The notes under the pieces are model-generated. The model made no database searches, was not told where the DNA came from, and worked only from the letters and a program-made list of their open reading frames with translations. Shown in pieces: positions 21,447 to 29,890 of a stretch of DNA of 32,000 nt (its first letter is position 1; the number at the start of each line of letters is the position of its first letter). Origin of the DNA: Pseudomonas aeruginosa (GTDB lineage: Bacteria > Pseudomonadota > Gammaproteobacteria > Pseudomonadales > Pseudomonadaceae); the NCBI RefSeq assembly GCF_001457615.1, contig NZ_LN831024.1:5580001-5612000 (forward strand), written 5' to 3'. Made by a program: the position numbers and the translations under genes.

Positions 21447-22532
21447 ATGACTCCCCAACCTCTGGCCGACAACCTTTCCCCGCCGGACCCCGCCCGCCTC
21501 GCCCAGTCCATCAAGGACTGGGGCCGCGAGCTGGGGTTCCAGCAGGTCGGTATCAGCGACGTCGAGCTGGGCGAGCACGAAGCGCACCTGCAGCGCTGGC
21601 TGGAGGCCGGCTACCACGGCGAGATGGACTACATGGCGGCGCACGGCAGCAAGCGCTCGCGACCTGCCGAGCTGGTTCCCGGCACGCTGCGGGTGATCTC
21701 CCTGCGCATGGATTACCTGCCCGGCGACACGCGCATGGCGCAGGTCCTCGCGACGCCGGAAAAAGCCTACGTCTCGCGCTACGCCCTCGGCCGCGACTAC
21801 CACAAGCTGATCCGCAAGCGTCTGCAACAACTGGCCGAGCGCATCCAGGCCGAAGTCGGCCCGTTCGGTTTCCGCGCCTTCGTCGACAGCGCGCCGGTGC
21901 TGGAAAAGGCCATCGCCGAACAGGCCGGCCTCGGCTGGATCGGCAAGAACACGCTGGTGCTCAACCGCAAGGCCGGCAGCTACTTCTTCCTCGGCGAGCT
22001 GTTCGTCGACATGCCGCTACCCGTCGACCCGGCGATGGACAGCGAGCATTGCGGACGCTGCTCGGCCTGCCTGGACATCTGCCCGACCGCGGCCTTCGTC
22101 GGCCCCTACCGGCTGGACGCGCGACGCTGCATCTCCTACCTGACCATCGAGTACAAGGGCGCGATTCCGCTGGAGCTGCGACCACTGATCGGCAACCGGG
22201 TATTCGGCTGCGACGACTGCCAGATCGTCTGCCCATGGAATCGCTTCGCCCGCCCCACCGGGCAGGGCGACTTCCAGCCGCGCCACAGCCTGGACAACGC
22301 CGAACTCGCCGAACTGTTCCTCTGGAGCGAGGAGGAGTTCCTCGGCCGCACCGAGGGTTCGCCGCTGCGCCGCGCCGGCTACGAGCGCTGGTTGCGCAAC
22401 CTGGCGGTGGGGCTGGGCAACGCGCCCTCGACCATCCCGGTGCTGGAGGCGCTGAAGGCGCGCCGCGGGTTCCCTTCGGAGCTGGTCCGCGAGCACGTGG
22501 AATGGGCCCTGCGGCGCCACGGGGAAACCTAG
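21447..22532 (+). CDS. queG: Epoxyqueuosine reductase QueG
   Basis: 361 aa from MTPQPLADNLSPPDPARLAQSIKDWGRELGFQQVGISD; Fe-S cluster motifs CGRCSACLDICPTAAF and CDDCQIVCPWNR. The ORF track extends this frame back to 20613 across nnr, which is spurious. Confidence 0.95.
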   Translation: MTPQPLADNLSPPDPARLAQSIKDWGRELGFQQVGISDVELGEHEAHLQRWLEAGYHGEMDYMAAHGSKRSRPAELVPGTLRVISLRMDYLPGDTRMAQVLATPEKAYVSRYALGRDYHKLIRKRLQQLAERIQAEVGPFGFRAFVDSAPVLEKAIAEQAGLGWIGKNTLVLNRKAGSYFFLGELFVDMPLPVDPAMDSEHCGRCSACLDICPTAAFVGPYRLDARRCISYLTIEYKGAIPLELRPLIGNRVFGCDDCQIVCPWNRFARPTGQGDFQPRHSLDNAELAELFLWSEEEFLGRTEGSPLRRAGYERWLRNLAVGLGNAPSTIPVLEALKARRGFPSELVREHVEWALRRHGET

Positions 22533-22565
22533 CCCGGCCGGCGCCTGCCGCCCGGTCCGGACGGA

Positions 22566-23108
22566 TCAGAGCTTGATGAAGTGGTCGCGGTAGTGGCGCA
22601 GCTCGGCGATCGACTCGCGGATATCGTCCAGCGCCAGGTGGGTGTTGCCCTTCTTGAAGCTCTCGCGGACCTGCGGCGCCCAGCGCGCGGCCAGCTCCTT
22701 GAGGGTGGAGACGTCGAGGTTGCGGTAGTGGAAGTAGCCTTCCAGCCTGGGCATGTGCCTATAGAGGAAGCGGCGGTCCTGGCAGATGCTGTTGCCGCAG
22801 ATCGGCGAGCTGCGCTTGGGCACCCACTGCTCGAGGAAAGCCAGGGTCTGCGCCTCGGCCTCGGCCATGCTCACGGTACTTTCCCGAACCCTCTGGGTCA
22901 GGCCGGACTGGCCGTGCTGGCGGGTATTCCACTCGTCCATGCCGGCGAGGATTTCCTCTGGCTGGTGGATGGCGATCACCGGTCCTTCGGCCAGGGTGTT
23001 GAGGTCACTGTCGGTGACGATGGTGGCCATCTCGATGATGACGTCCCGGTCCGGATCGAGGCCGGTCATCTCCAGGTCGATCCAGATAAGGTTCTGCGGG
23101 TTCTGCAT
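22566..23108 (-). CDS. orn: Oligoribonuclease
   Basis: 180 aa [37 protein letters not shown]...[18 protein letters not shown] (DEDDh exonuclease). Confidence 0.98.
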   Translation of the reverse strand: MQNPQNLIWIDLEMTGLDPDRDVIIEMATIVTDSDLNTLAEGPVIAIHQPEEILAGMDEWNTRQHGQSGLTQRVRESTVSMAEAEAQTLAFLEQWVPKRSSPICGNSICQDRRFLYRHMPRLEGYFHYRNLDVSTLKELAARWAPQVRESFKKGNTHLALDDIRESIAELRHYRDHFIKL

Positions 23109-23219
23109 GGGGAGTCGCTCCAGTCGCTATGCCGTGCATTCTAGCGTGGAACGCCGCCGCGCGAATGATGGCGGCGCGCCCATGTTAAACTCGCCGCCGA
23201 TTTTTCATGCGGACGCATC

Positions 23220-24239
23220 ATGGCCAAACGCCACTTGACCCGCCGGCAGAGCTGGCGCATCGAAAAGATCCAGGAAGAACGCGCGGCCCGGGCGGCCCGT
23301 CGCGAGTCGCGTACCGTGGAAGAGCTGGAGGGCGGCGACCTGGGACCGGAGCAGACCGGCCAGGTGATCGCTCATTTCGGGGTTCAGGTAGAGGTCGAGT
23401 CCGCCGACGGCCAGGTTTCCCGCTGTCACCTGCGCGCCAACCTGCCGGCACTGGTGACTGGCGACCAGGTGGTCTGGCGCGCCGGCAACCAGGGCATCGG
23501 CGTGATCGTCGCGCAATTGCCGCGCCGCTCCGAGCTGTGCCGCCCGGACATGCGCGGGCTGCTCAAGCCGGTGGCGGCCAACGTCGACCGCATCGTCATC
23601 GTCTTCGCCCCGCGTCCCGAACCGCACGCCAACCTGATCGACCGCTACCTGATCGCCGCCGAACATGCCGGCATCCAGCCGCTGCTGCTGCTGAACAAGG
23701 CCGATCTGGTCGACGAGAGCAATGCCGAAGGCATCGATGCGCTGCTGAATGTCTACCGCACCCTGGGTTACCCGCTGATCGAGGTGTCGGCCTTCAATGG
23801 CCTGGCGATGGACGAACTGCGCGGCGCGCTGGACGGTCACGTGAGCGTCTTCGTCGGGCAGTCCGGGGTGGGCAAGTCGTCGCTGGTGAATGCCTTGTTG
23901 CCAGGTGTCGACACACGTGTCGGCGACCTCTCCACGGTGACCGGCAAGGGCACCCATACCACCACCACCGCGCGACTGTTCCATTTTCCCGGCGGCGGCG
24001 ACCTGATCGACTCGCCCGGCATCCGTGAGTTCGGCCTGGGGCACGTGTCGCGAGACGATGTCGAGGCCGGTTTCATCGAGTTCCGCGACCTGCTCGGGCA
24101 TTGCCGCTTCCGCGACTGCAAGCACGACCGTGAACCAGGTTGCGCCCTGCTCCAGGCCCTGGAGGACGGGCGCATCATGCCGCAACGCATGGCCAGCTAC
24201 CGGCACATTCTGGCAAGCATGCCGGAAACGGACTACTGA
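23220..24239 (+). CDS. rsgA: Small ribosomal subunit biogenesis GTPase RsgA
   Basis: 339 aa; circularly permuted GTPase motifs [35 protein letters not shown] and C-terminal zinc motif [14 protein letters not shown]. Confidence 0.97.
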   Translation: MAKRHLTRRQSWRIEKIQEERAARAARRESRTVEELEGGDLGPEQTGQVIAHFGVQVEVESADGQVSRCHLRANLPALVTGDQVVWRAGNQGIGVIVAQLPRRSELCRPDMRGLLKPVAANVDRIVIVFAPRPEPHANLIDRYLIAAEHAGIQPLLLLNKADLVDESNAEGIDALLNVYRTLGYPLIEVSAFNGLAMDELRGALDGHVSVFVGQSGVGKSSLVNALLPGVDTRVGDLSTVTGKGTHTTTTARLFHFPGGGDLIDSPGIREFGLGHVSRDDVEAGFIEFRDLLGHCRFRDCKHDREPGCALLQALEDGRIMPQRMASYRHILASMPETDY

Positions 24240-24242
24240 ACC

Positions 24243-25286
24243 TCAGTCGCCCTTGATCTGCTCCAGCTTCAGGCTGCCGCCGTCGTCGAACAGGTTGAGC
24301 TTCTTCTGCACCTCGTCCGCCGGTAGCGAAGGTTGCGCGCCCGCCGCCGGTGCCTCGGCAGCCGGCTTCGGCTGCTCGCCCGGGGCAGCCGCGGGGGCGC
24401 TGGCTTCGGGAGCGCCGGTCTCGCCTTCGATGGCCTTCTGCGCCTTGCGGGTCAGGACCACGATGTCGATCCGCCGGTTCACCGGGTTCAGCGGGTCCTT
24501 GTCGTCGAACAGGCGTGCCGAGGCATAGCCGACAACCTGGGCGATCTGCCCTTCCGGATAGCCGCCGGCGACCAGTGCTCGGCGCGCGGCGTTGGCGCGA
24601 TTGGCCGATAGCTCCCAGTTGCCGAAGTCGCCGTTGCCGGCATAGGGCTTGGCGTCGGTGTGGCCGCTGATGCTGATCTTGTTCGGCACCTGGCGGATGG
24701 TCTCGGCCATGGCCAGCAGGATGTCCTCGAAATACGGCTGCAGGCGCGCGCTGCCGAGGTCGAACATCGGCCGGTTGGCGGCGTCGACGATCTGGATGCG
24801 CAGGCCGTCGCGGGTGATCTCGAAGTGGATCTGGTCCTTGAAGTCCTTGAGCATCGGATTTTCGTCGACCTTGTTCTGCAACTCCTGCAGCAGCAGCGCC
24901 AGGCGCTCTCGCTCAACCTGCTCGGCGAGGTTCTCGGCCTGGTCGGCGTTGACCTGGTGGTCCTGCTCGGGGCTGATCCGGCTTTCGTTGGAGTCCGGCT
25001 GGGCCTGGACCTGCGGATTGAGGGTCTTGTCCGGCGCCGGCGTCGGCGTGCCGCCGAGGTCGATGACGTAGGGGCTGGCGCTTTCGCTGAAACCGATGGG
25101 GTCCTGGAAGTATCCGGAAATCGCCTTCTTCTGCTCCGGGGTGGCCGAAGACAGCAGCCAGAGCACCAGGAAGAACGCCATCATCGCCGTGGCGAAGTCG
25201 GCGAAGGCGATCTTCCACGAGCCGCCGTGGTGGCCGGCGGCATAGCGCTTGACGCGCTTGACGATGATCGGCTGGTTATTGTCCAT
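24243..25286 (-). CDS. motB: Flagellar motor stator protein MotB
   Basis: 347 aa MDNNQPIIVKRVKRYAAGHHGGSWKIAFADFATAMMAFFLVLWLLSS (conserved TM Asp); OmpA-like domain ISGHTDAKPY. Confidence 0.96.
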   Translation of the reverse strand: MDNNQPIIVKRVKRYAAGHHGGSWKIAFADFATAMMAFFLVLWLLSSATPEQKKAISGYFQDPIGFSESASPYVIDLGGTPTPAPDKTLNPQVQAQPDSNESRISPEQDHQVNADQAENLAEQVERERLALLLQELQNKVDENPMLKDFKDQIHFEITRDGLRIQIVDAANRPMFDLGSARLQPYFEDILLAMAETIRQVPNKISISGHTDAKPYAGNGDFGNWELSANRANAARRALVAGGYPEGQIAQVVGYASARLFDDKDPLNPVNRRIDIVVLTRKAQKAIEGETGAPEASAPAAAPGEQPKPAAEAPAAGAQPSLPADEVQKKLNLFDDGGSLKLEQIKGD

Positions 25287-25305
25287 CTATCGACAGTGCC
25301 TCCAC

Positions 25306-26157
25306 TCAGCGGCCACGCACGGCCTGCTCGAGCTCGGCGAAGGTCGGCCGATGGGCGGGCAGCAGCACCTTGCGGCCGAACTCGACGGCCAGCGAAGGCG
25401 GCATGCCGGAAGCGGAAGCGACCAGGCAGGCCTTGATCGCCTCGAACAGGTTCAACTCTTCCTTGGCATCGTGCTCCAGGGCGCCCGCCAGCGGGCCGAC
25501 GAAGCCGTAGGCGGCGAGAATCCCGAGGAAGGTGCCCACCAGGGCGGCGGCGACGTGGTGGCCGATCTCCGCCTGGCTGCCTTCGCCAAGCAACGCCATG
25601 GTGATGACGATGCCGAGTACCGCGGCGACGATACCGAAGCCCGGCAGGGCGTCGGCGACTTTGGTCACCGCGTGGGACGGATGCTCCAGGTCCTCCTTGA
25701 GACTGGACAGCTCCATGTCGAACAGGCCTTCCAGCTCGTGCGGCGCCATGTTGCCGGAGGACATGATGCGCAGGTAGTCGCAGACATAGGCGGTCATCCG
25801 CTCATCCTTCAGCACACCGGGGTACTTGCTGAAGATGGGGCTGGCCGCGGGGTCTTCGATGTCCGCCTCGATCGCCATCATCCCTTCGCGCCGGCTCTTG
25901 TTGAGGATCTCGTAGAGCATGCCCAGCACCTCGAGGTAGTAGGTCTGGGTGAAGCGGTTGCTGAACATCTTCGGCGCTTTCTTCAGCACCACCATGAACG
26001 TGCTGCCCGGGTTGGACTGGAGGAACGCCCCCAGTGCCGCGCCACCGATGATCAGGACCTCGAAGGGCTGGATGATGGCGCCGATCTTGCCGCCGGAGAG
26101 CAGGAAGCCCCCGAGGACACTGGCGAAAACGACGATGATGCCGATGATTTTTGACAT
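25306..26157 (-). CDS. motA: Flagellar motor stator protein MotA
   Basis: 283 aa from MSKIIGIIVVFASVLGGFLLSGGKIGAIIQPFEVLIIGGAALGAF; ADALPGFGIVAAVLGIVITM. The ORF track start adds 46 unlikely residues. Confidence 0.96.
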   Translation of the reverse strand: MSKIIGIIVVFASVLGGFLLSGGKIGAIIQPFEVLIIGGAALGAFLQSNPGSTFMVVLKKAPKMFSNRFTQTYYLEVLGMLYEILNKSRREGMMAIEADIEDPAASPIFSKYPGVLKDERMTAYVCDYLRIMSSGNMAPHELEGLFDMELSSLKEDLEHPSHAVTKVADALPGFGIVAAVLGIVITMALLGEGSQAEIGHHVAAALVGTFLGILAAYGFVGPLAGALEHDAKEELNLFEAIKACLVASASGMPPSLAVEFGRKVLLPAHRPTFAELEQAVRGR

Positions 26158-26215
26158 GAGGACCGGACGTGCGAAATGAACAGGATAAGGAGGGGGACTG
26201 CTAGGCTCCCTCTTG

Positions 26216-26242
26216 TTATCGGTTGCTAGCCGCAAGACTATA
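26216..26242 (-). promoter_or_regulatory. Probable FliA (sigma28) promoter of motAB
   Basis: Minus strand TATAGTCT-N11-ACCGATAA versus consensus TAAAGTTT-N11-GCCGATAA (6/8 and 7/8 matches). Confidence 0.65.
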
Positions 26243-26297
26243 GTCCGAATACTCGAAAAGCCAGTTCGCCGCCTCGCCGACACCGAGCCCGACACCC

Positions 26298-27809
26298 ATG
26301 ACAGACCGCCTCGCCGCCTGGCTCGAAGAGCTCGACCGGCAACCCCTGCCGATCCCCGCCAGCCACTATGCCGGCCTGCACGCCGCGCTGAGCGACAGCC
26401 GTCGCTCGCTGCGCGAGATCGCCGACCAGTTGCAGGGCAGCCCGACGCTGGCGTTGTCCATCCTGCGCGAGGCCAATCGCGCCGAGAGCGCCCGCGACAA
26501 CCCCGCGGAAAGCCTGGAGGTGGCCCTCAGCCGCCTCGGCCTGGCGCGCGCGAGCCAACTTCTGAAGACCCTGCCGAGCATCCAGGATGCGGAGATGCCC
26601 AGGGTCCTCGGGCAGATGCTGCTGATCAGCCAGCACGCCATGCAGCAGGCCAGCGGCCTGTTCGGCGCGCGCCTGGCCAGGCTCTGGCAGGAAATCCACT
26701 GGGGCAGCCTGCTGACCATGGCTCCGGTCTGGGCGCTGGCCAACGCCCGCCCGCAGTTGCTGGAGCAATGGCAGCAACGCGTGCTGGTACAGGGCGAACC
26801 GACCCTGCGAGTGGAGCGCGAACTGCTCGGCATGCGCCTGCTGCCGATCTGCCTGGCGCTGGCCGAACGCTGGCGGCTACCGCAGTGGGTCATCCAGGGC
26901 TATCGCCTGCTCGCCTGCGACCGTCGCCTGCTGGTTCGAGCCCTGCGTATCGCCCGCGACCATCAGTCGCCCCTGCTCCAGCAACAGCAACTCGATGCCC
27001 AGCCCGATCTCGCCCGCTGGCTGACCCAGCCGGCCAACTGCACTCTCCTCGCCAATGGCCTGGCCATCGCCGCGCACCAGAGCTGGGACGGGCCGCACAT
27101 GCTGCGCTGGCAGCGCCTGACCGGCCTGTACCTGGGCCAGCCGCTGACCGAAGTCCAGCAGCAGGTGCACATGCTCGCCGCGCAAAGCGCGCGCCTGCAC
27201 GCCCGGCCGCCGCTGTGGCATCCGGCGGTGGCCTTGATCTGGCCCTGGCAGGCCAGCCGCTGGCGTGCCGAAGCGGCACCCCCGCCGCCGCCCTCGGCGG
27301 AAGCCCTGGCCGAGTGGCGGCAGCATTGCGCCGAGTTGCTCCGGGAGCCCAGCCCGTTCAGCAACGTGGTGCAGCTCACCGCCTGTGCCCGCGATGCGCT
27401 GCGCGCCTGCGGCCTGCAAAGGATGCTGCTGCTGGTGGCCGATCGCACCCAGGTACACGTGCTGGCGCAGCAGAGCGCCGGACTCGAACCGGGCCAGGAG
27501 AAATTGCAACTGGAGATTGCCAGCAGCCCGCTGCTGAAGAAACTGTTCCAGCAACCCGCCCTGCTGCGCATCGGCCCGAACAACCAGGGCCAGTTGCTGC
27601 CGGCCCTCGGCGAACCCTTGCGCCAACTGTTCCCCGGGCCTCACCTGCTGCTGCGCTCGCTGGGCAACGGCTCGCGGGTGGTGATGCTGGTCCTGGCCGA
27701 CCTCGGCGGCCAGCCGTTCAGCGACCTGCATGCCCAGGCCTTCGCCAAGACCGCCCAGTGCACCGAGCGCGCGATCCAGCAGTTCGGCCGCCAGCGCCAC
27801 ACGGAATGA
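26298..27809 (+). CDS. HDOD-domain-like protein of unknown function
   Basis: 503 aa; LPIPASHYAGLHAALSDSRRSLREIADQLQGSPTLALSILREANRAE...SLEVALSRLGLARASQLLKTLP resembles the HDOD helical core; divergent from motA. Confidence 0.7.
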   Translation: MTDRLAAWLEELDRQPLPIPASHYAGLHAALSDSRRSLREIADQLQGSPTLALSILREANRAESARDNPAESLEVALSRLGLARASQLLKTLPSIQDAEMPRVLGQMLLISQHAMQQASGLFGARLARLWQEIHWGSLLTMAPVWALANARPQLLEQWQQRVLVQGEPTLRVERELLGMRLLPICLALAERWRLPQWVIQGYRLLACDRRLLVRALRIARDHQSPLLQQQQLDAQPDLARWLTQPANCTLLANGLAIAAHQSWDGPHMLRWQRLTGLYLGQPLTEVQQQVHMLAAQSARLHARPPLWHPAVALIWPWQASRWRAEAAPPPPPSAEALAEWRQHCAELLREPSPFSNVVQLTACARDALRACGLQRMLLLVADRTQVHVLAQQSAGLEPGQEKLQLEIASSPLLKKLFQQPALLRIGPNNQGQLLPALGEPLRQLFPGPHLLLRSLGNGSRVVMLVLADLGGQPFSDLHAQAFAKTAQCTERAIQQFGRQRHTE

Positions 27810-27883
27810 GGGACATGCCCGGCACACTGGTCGGGCGCGCTTTCCGTTAAACTGCTGCCCTTCTTCAACCCGGGGGTACTCGC

Positions 27884-28699
27884 ATGTCCGTCTTCTCCGA
27901 CCTGCCATTGGTGATCGAGCCCAGCGACCTCGCGCCGCGCCTGGGCGCGCCCGAGCTGATCCTGGTCGACCTGACCAGTGCCGCCCGCTACGCCGAAGGG
28001 CATATCCCCGGCGCGCGTTTCGTCGACCCCAAACGCACCCAGTGGGGACAACCCCCGGCACCCGGCCTGCTACCGGCCAAGGCCGACCTGGAAGCCCTGT
28101 TCGGCGAGCTGGGCCACCGCCCGGAGGCGACCTACGTGGTCTACGACGACGAAGGCGGCGGCTGGGCGGGCCGCTTCATCTGGCTGCTGGACGTGATCGG
28201 CCACCACCGCTACCACTATCTCAACGGCGGCCTGCCGGCCTGGATCGCCGACGCCCAGGCGCTCGACCGCGAGGTCCCGGCGCCTGTCGGCGGCCCGCTG
28301 CCGCTGACGTTGCACGACGAGCCCAGCGCGACCCGCGAATACCTGCAAAGCCGCCTCGGCGCCGCCGACCTGGCGGTATGGGATGCGCGCAACCCCAGCG
28401 AATACGCCGGTACCAAGGTGCTCGCCGCGAAGGCCGGGCATGTGCCCGGCGCGATCAATTTCGAATGGACCGCCGGCATGGACCCGGCTCGCGCCCTGCG
28501 CATCCGCGCGGATATCGCCGAAGTCCTGGAGGACCTCGGCATCACGCCGGACAAGGAAGTGATCACCCACTGCCAGACCCACCATCGCTCCGGCTTCACC
28601 TACCTGGTGGCCAAGGCGCTGGGCTACCCGCGGGTCAAAGGCTACGCCGGCTCCTGGTCGGAATGGGGCAACCACCCCGATACCCCTGTAGAGGTTTGA
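27884..28699 (+). CDS. rhdA: Thiosulfate:cyanide sulfurtransferase (rhodanese) RhdA
   Basis: 271 aa tandem rhodanese domains; active-site loop CQTHHR (28571-28588). Confidence 0.92.
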   Translation: MSVFSDLPLVIEPSDLAPRLGAPELILVDLTSAARYAEGHIPGARFVDPKRTQWGQPPAPGLLPAKADLEALFGELGHRPEATYVVYDDEGGGWAGRFIWLLDVIGHHRYHYLNGGLPAWIADAQALDREVPAPVGGPLPLTLHDEPSATREYLQSRLGAADLAVWDARNPSEYAGTKVLAAKAGHVPGAINFEWTAGMDPARALRIRADIAEVLEDLGITPDKEVITHCQTHHRSGFTYLVAKALGYPRVKGYAGSWSEWGNHPDTPVEV

Positions 28700-28702
28700 G
28701 GA

Positions 28703-29572
28703 ATGTCGTTCAAAGATCGTCTGTTCATCTGCAGCCAGTACCTGCTGCCGCACCACCTGCTGTCCCGGCTGATCGGCTTCGCCGCCGACTGCCGGGCGAC
28801 CTGGTTCAAGGACCGCCTGATCGCCTGGTTCGCCCGGCGCTACCAGGTCGATATGCGCGAAGCGCAGGTCGAGGACCTGCAGGCCTATGAACATTTCAAT
28901 GCCTTCTTCACCCGCGCCCTGAAGGATGGCGCCCGCCCGCTGGCCCAGGAGCCCGGCGCGGTGCTCTGCCCGGCCGATGGCGCGATCAGCCAGCTCGGCC
29001 CGATCGAGCACGGGCGGATCTTCCAGGCCAAAGGCCACAGCTACAGCCTGGCCGAACTGCTCGGCGGCGACGCCGAACTGGCCGCGCCCTTCATGGGCGG
29101 CGACTTCGCCACCGTCTACCTGTCCCCCCGGGACTACCACCGCGTGCACATGCCGCTGGCCGGCACCCTGCGCGAGATGGTCTACGTTCCCGGCCGGCTG
29201 TTCTCGGTGAACCAGACCACCGCGGAAAACGTTCCCGAGCTGTTCGCCCGCAACGAGCGGGTGGTCTGCCTGTTCGACACCGAGCGCGGTCCGATGGCCG
29301 TGGTGCTGGTGGGCGCGATGATCGTGGCCTCCATCGAAACCGTCTGGGCCGGCCTGGTTACGCCGCCGAAGCGCGAACTGAAGACCTTCCGCTACGACGA
29401 AGCCGCCCGTGCGCCGATCCGCCTGGAAAAAGGCGCCGAGCTCGGTCGCTTCAAGCTGGGCTCCACCGCCATCGTCCTGTTCGGCCCGCAGCAGGTCGCG
29501 TTCAACGACGGCCTTGGGGCAGCGAGCCCGGTGCGCATGGGCGAATGCCTGGCCCTGCCGAAACAGTCCTGA
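28703..29572 (+). CDS. psd: Phosphatidylserine decarboxylase proenzyme
   Basis: 289 aa; [20 protein letters not shown], and LGST self-cleavage motif (29456-29467). Confidence 0.97.
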   Translation: MSFKDRLFICSQYLLPHHLLSRLIGFAADCRATWFKDRLIAWFARRYQVDMREAQVEDLQAYEHFNAFFTRALKDGARPLAQEPGAVLCPADGAISQLGPIEHGRIFQAKGHSYSLAELLGGDAELAAPFMGGDFATVYLSPRDYHRVHMPLAGTLREMVYVPGRLFSVNQTTAENVPELFARNERVVCLFDTERGPMAVVLVGAMIVASIETVWAGLVTPPKRELKTFRYDEAARAPIRLEKGAELGRFKLGSTAIVLFGPQQVAFNDGLGAASPVRMGECLALPKQS

Positions 29573-29890
29573 CCTCGCCGGGACGGAGCGCCCCGAGCGT
29601 CTCCGTCCCATCTCTCCCCGCCGCCGGGACCTCCCGGCGGGATCGTGGCGTCCGAAGGCTGCGGGTCCATTTCGATGCTGCTAGAGTTCGGAAAGGTCCT
29701 ATCGAGCCTGTGCCGACCCCTCGGTCAGGAAAGCGGACTGCCGCACAGTTCCTGTCCTGGCCACGACGATGAACCCGCCTCCCGTGTTAAGAAAGAGGAG
29801 GCGCAGCCGCGGCGATCGGAAGTCCGGCACCTCTCCGGGGCTTCATCCCCCCCGTAGAGCCTTTTCAGTAGCGGAGCCGTCTAACCCCCC

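Noticed and set aside
21332-22576. 414-aa plus-strand ORF overlapping queG in another frame
   Set aside because: Arg/Pro/Ala-rich out-of-frame translation; queG in frame 21447-22532 carries all the Fe-S motifs.
23152-23176. 7-bp inverted repeat CGCCGCC-N11-GGCGGCG in the orn/rsgA divergent gap
   Set aside because: Short GC-only repeat with a long loop is expected by chance at this base composition; no further support.
26213-27850. 545-aa plus-strand ORF overlapping the HDOD-like gene
   Set aside because: Low-complexity Arg/Ala/Pro translation in an alternate frame; the 26298-27809 frame has coherent domain-like sequence.
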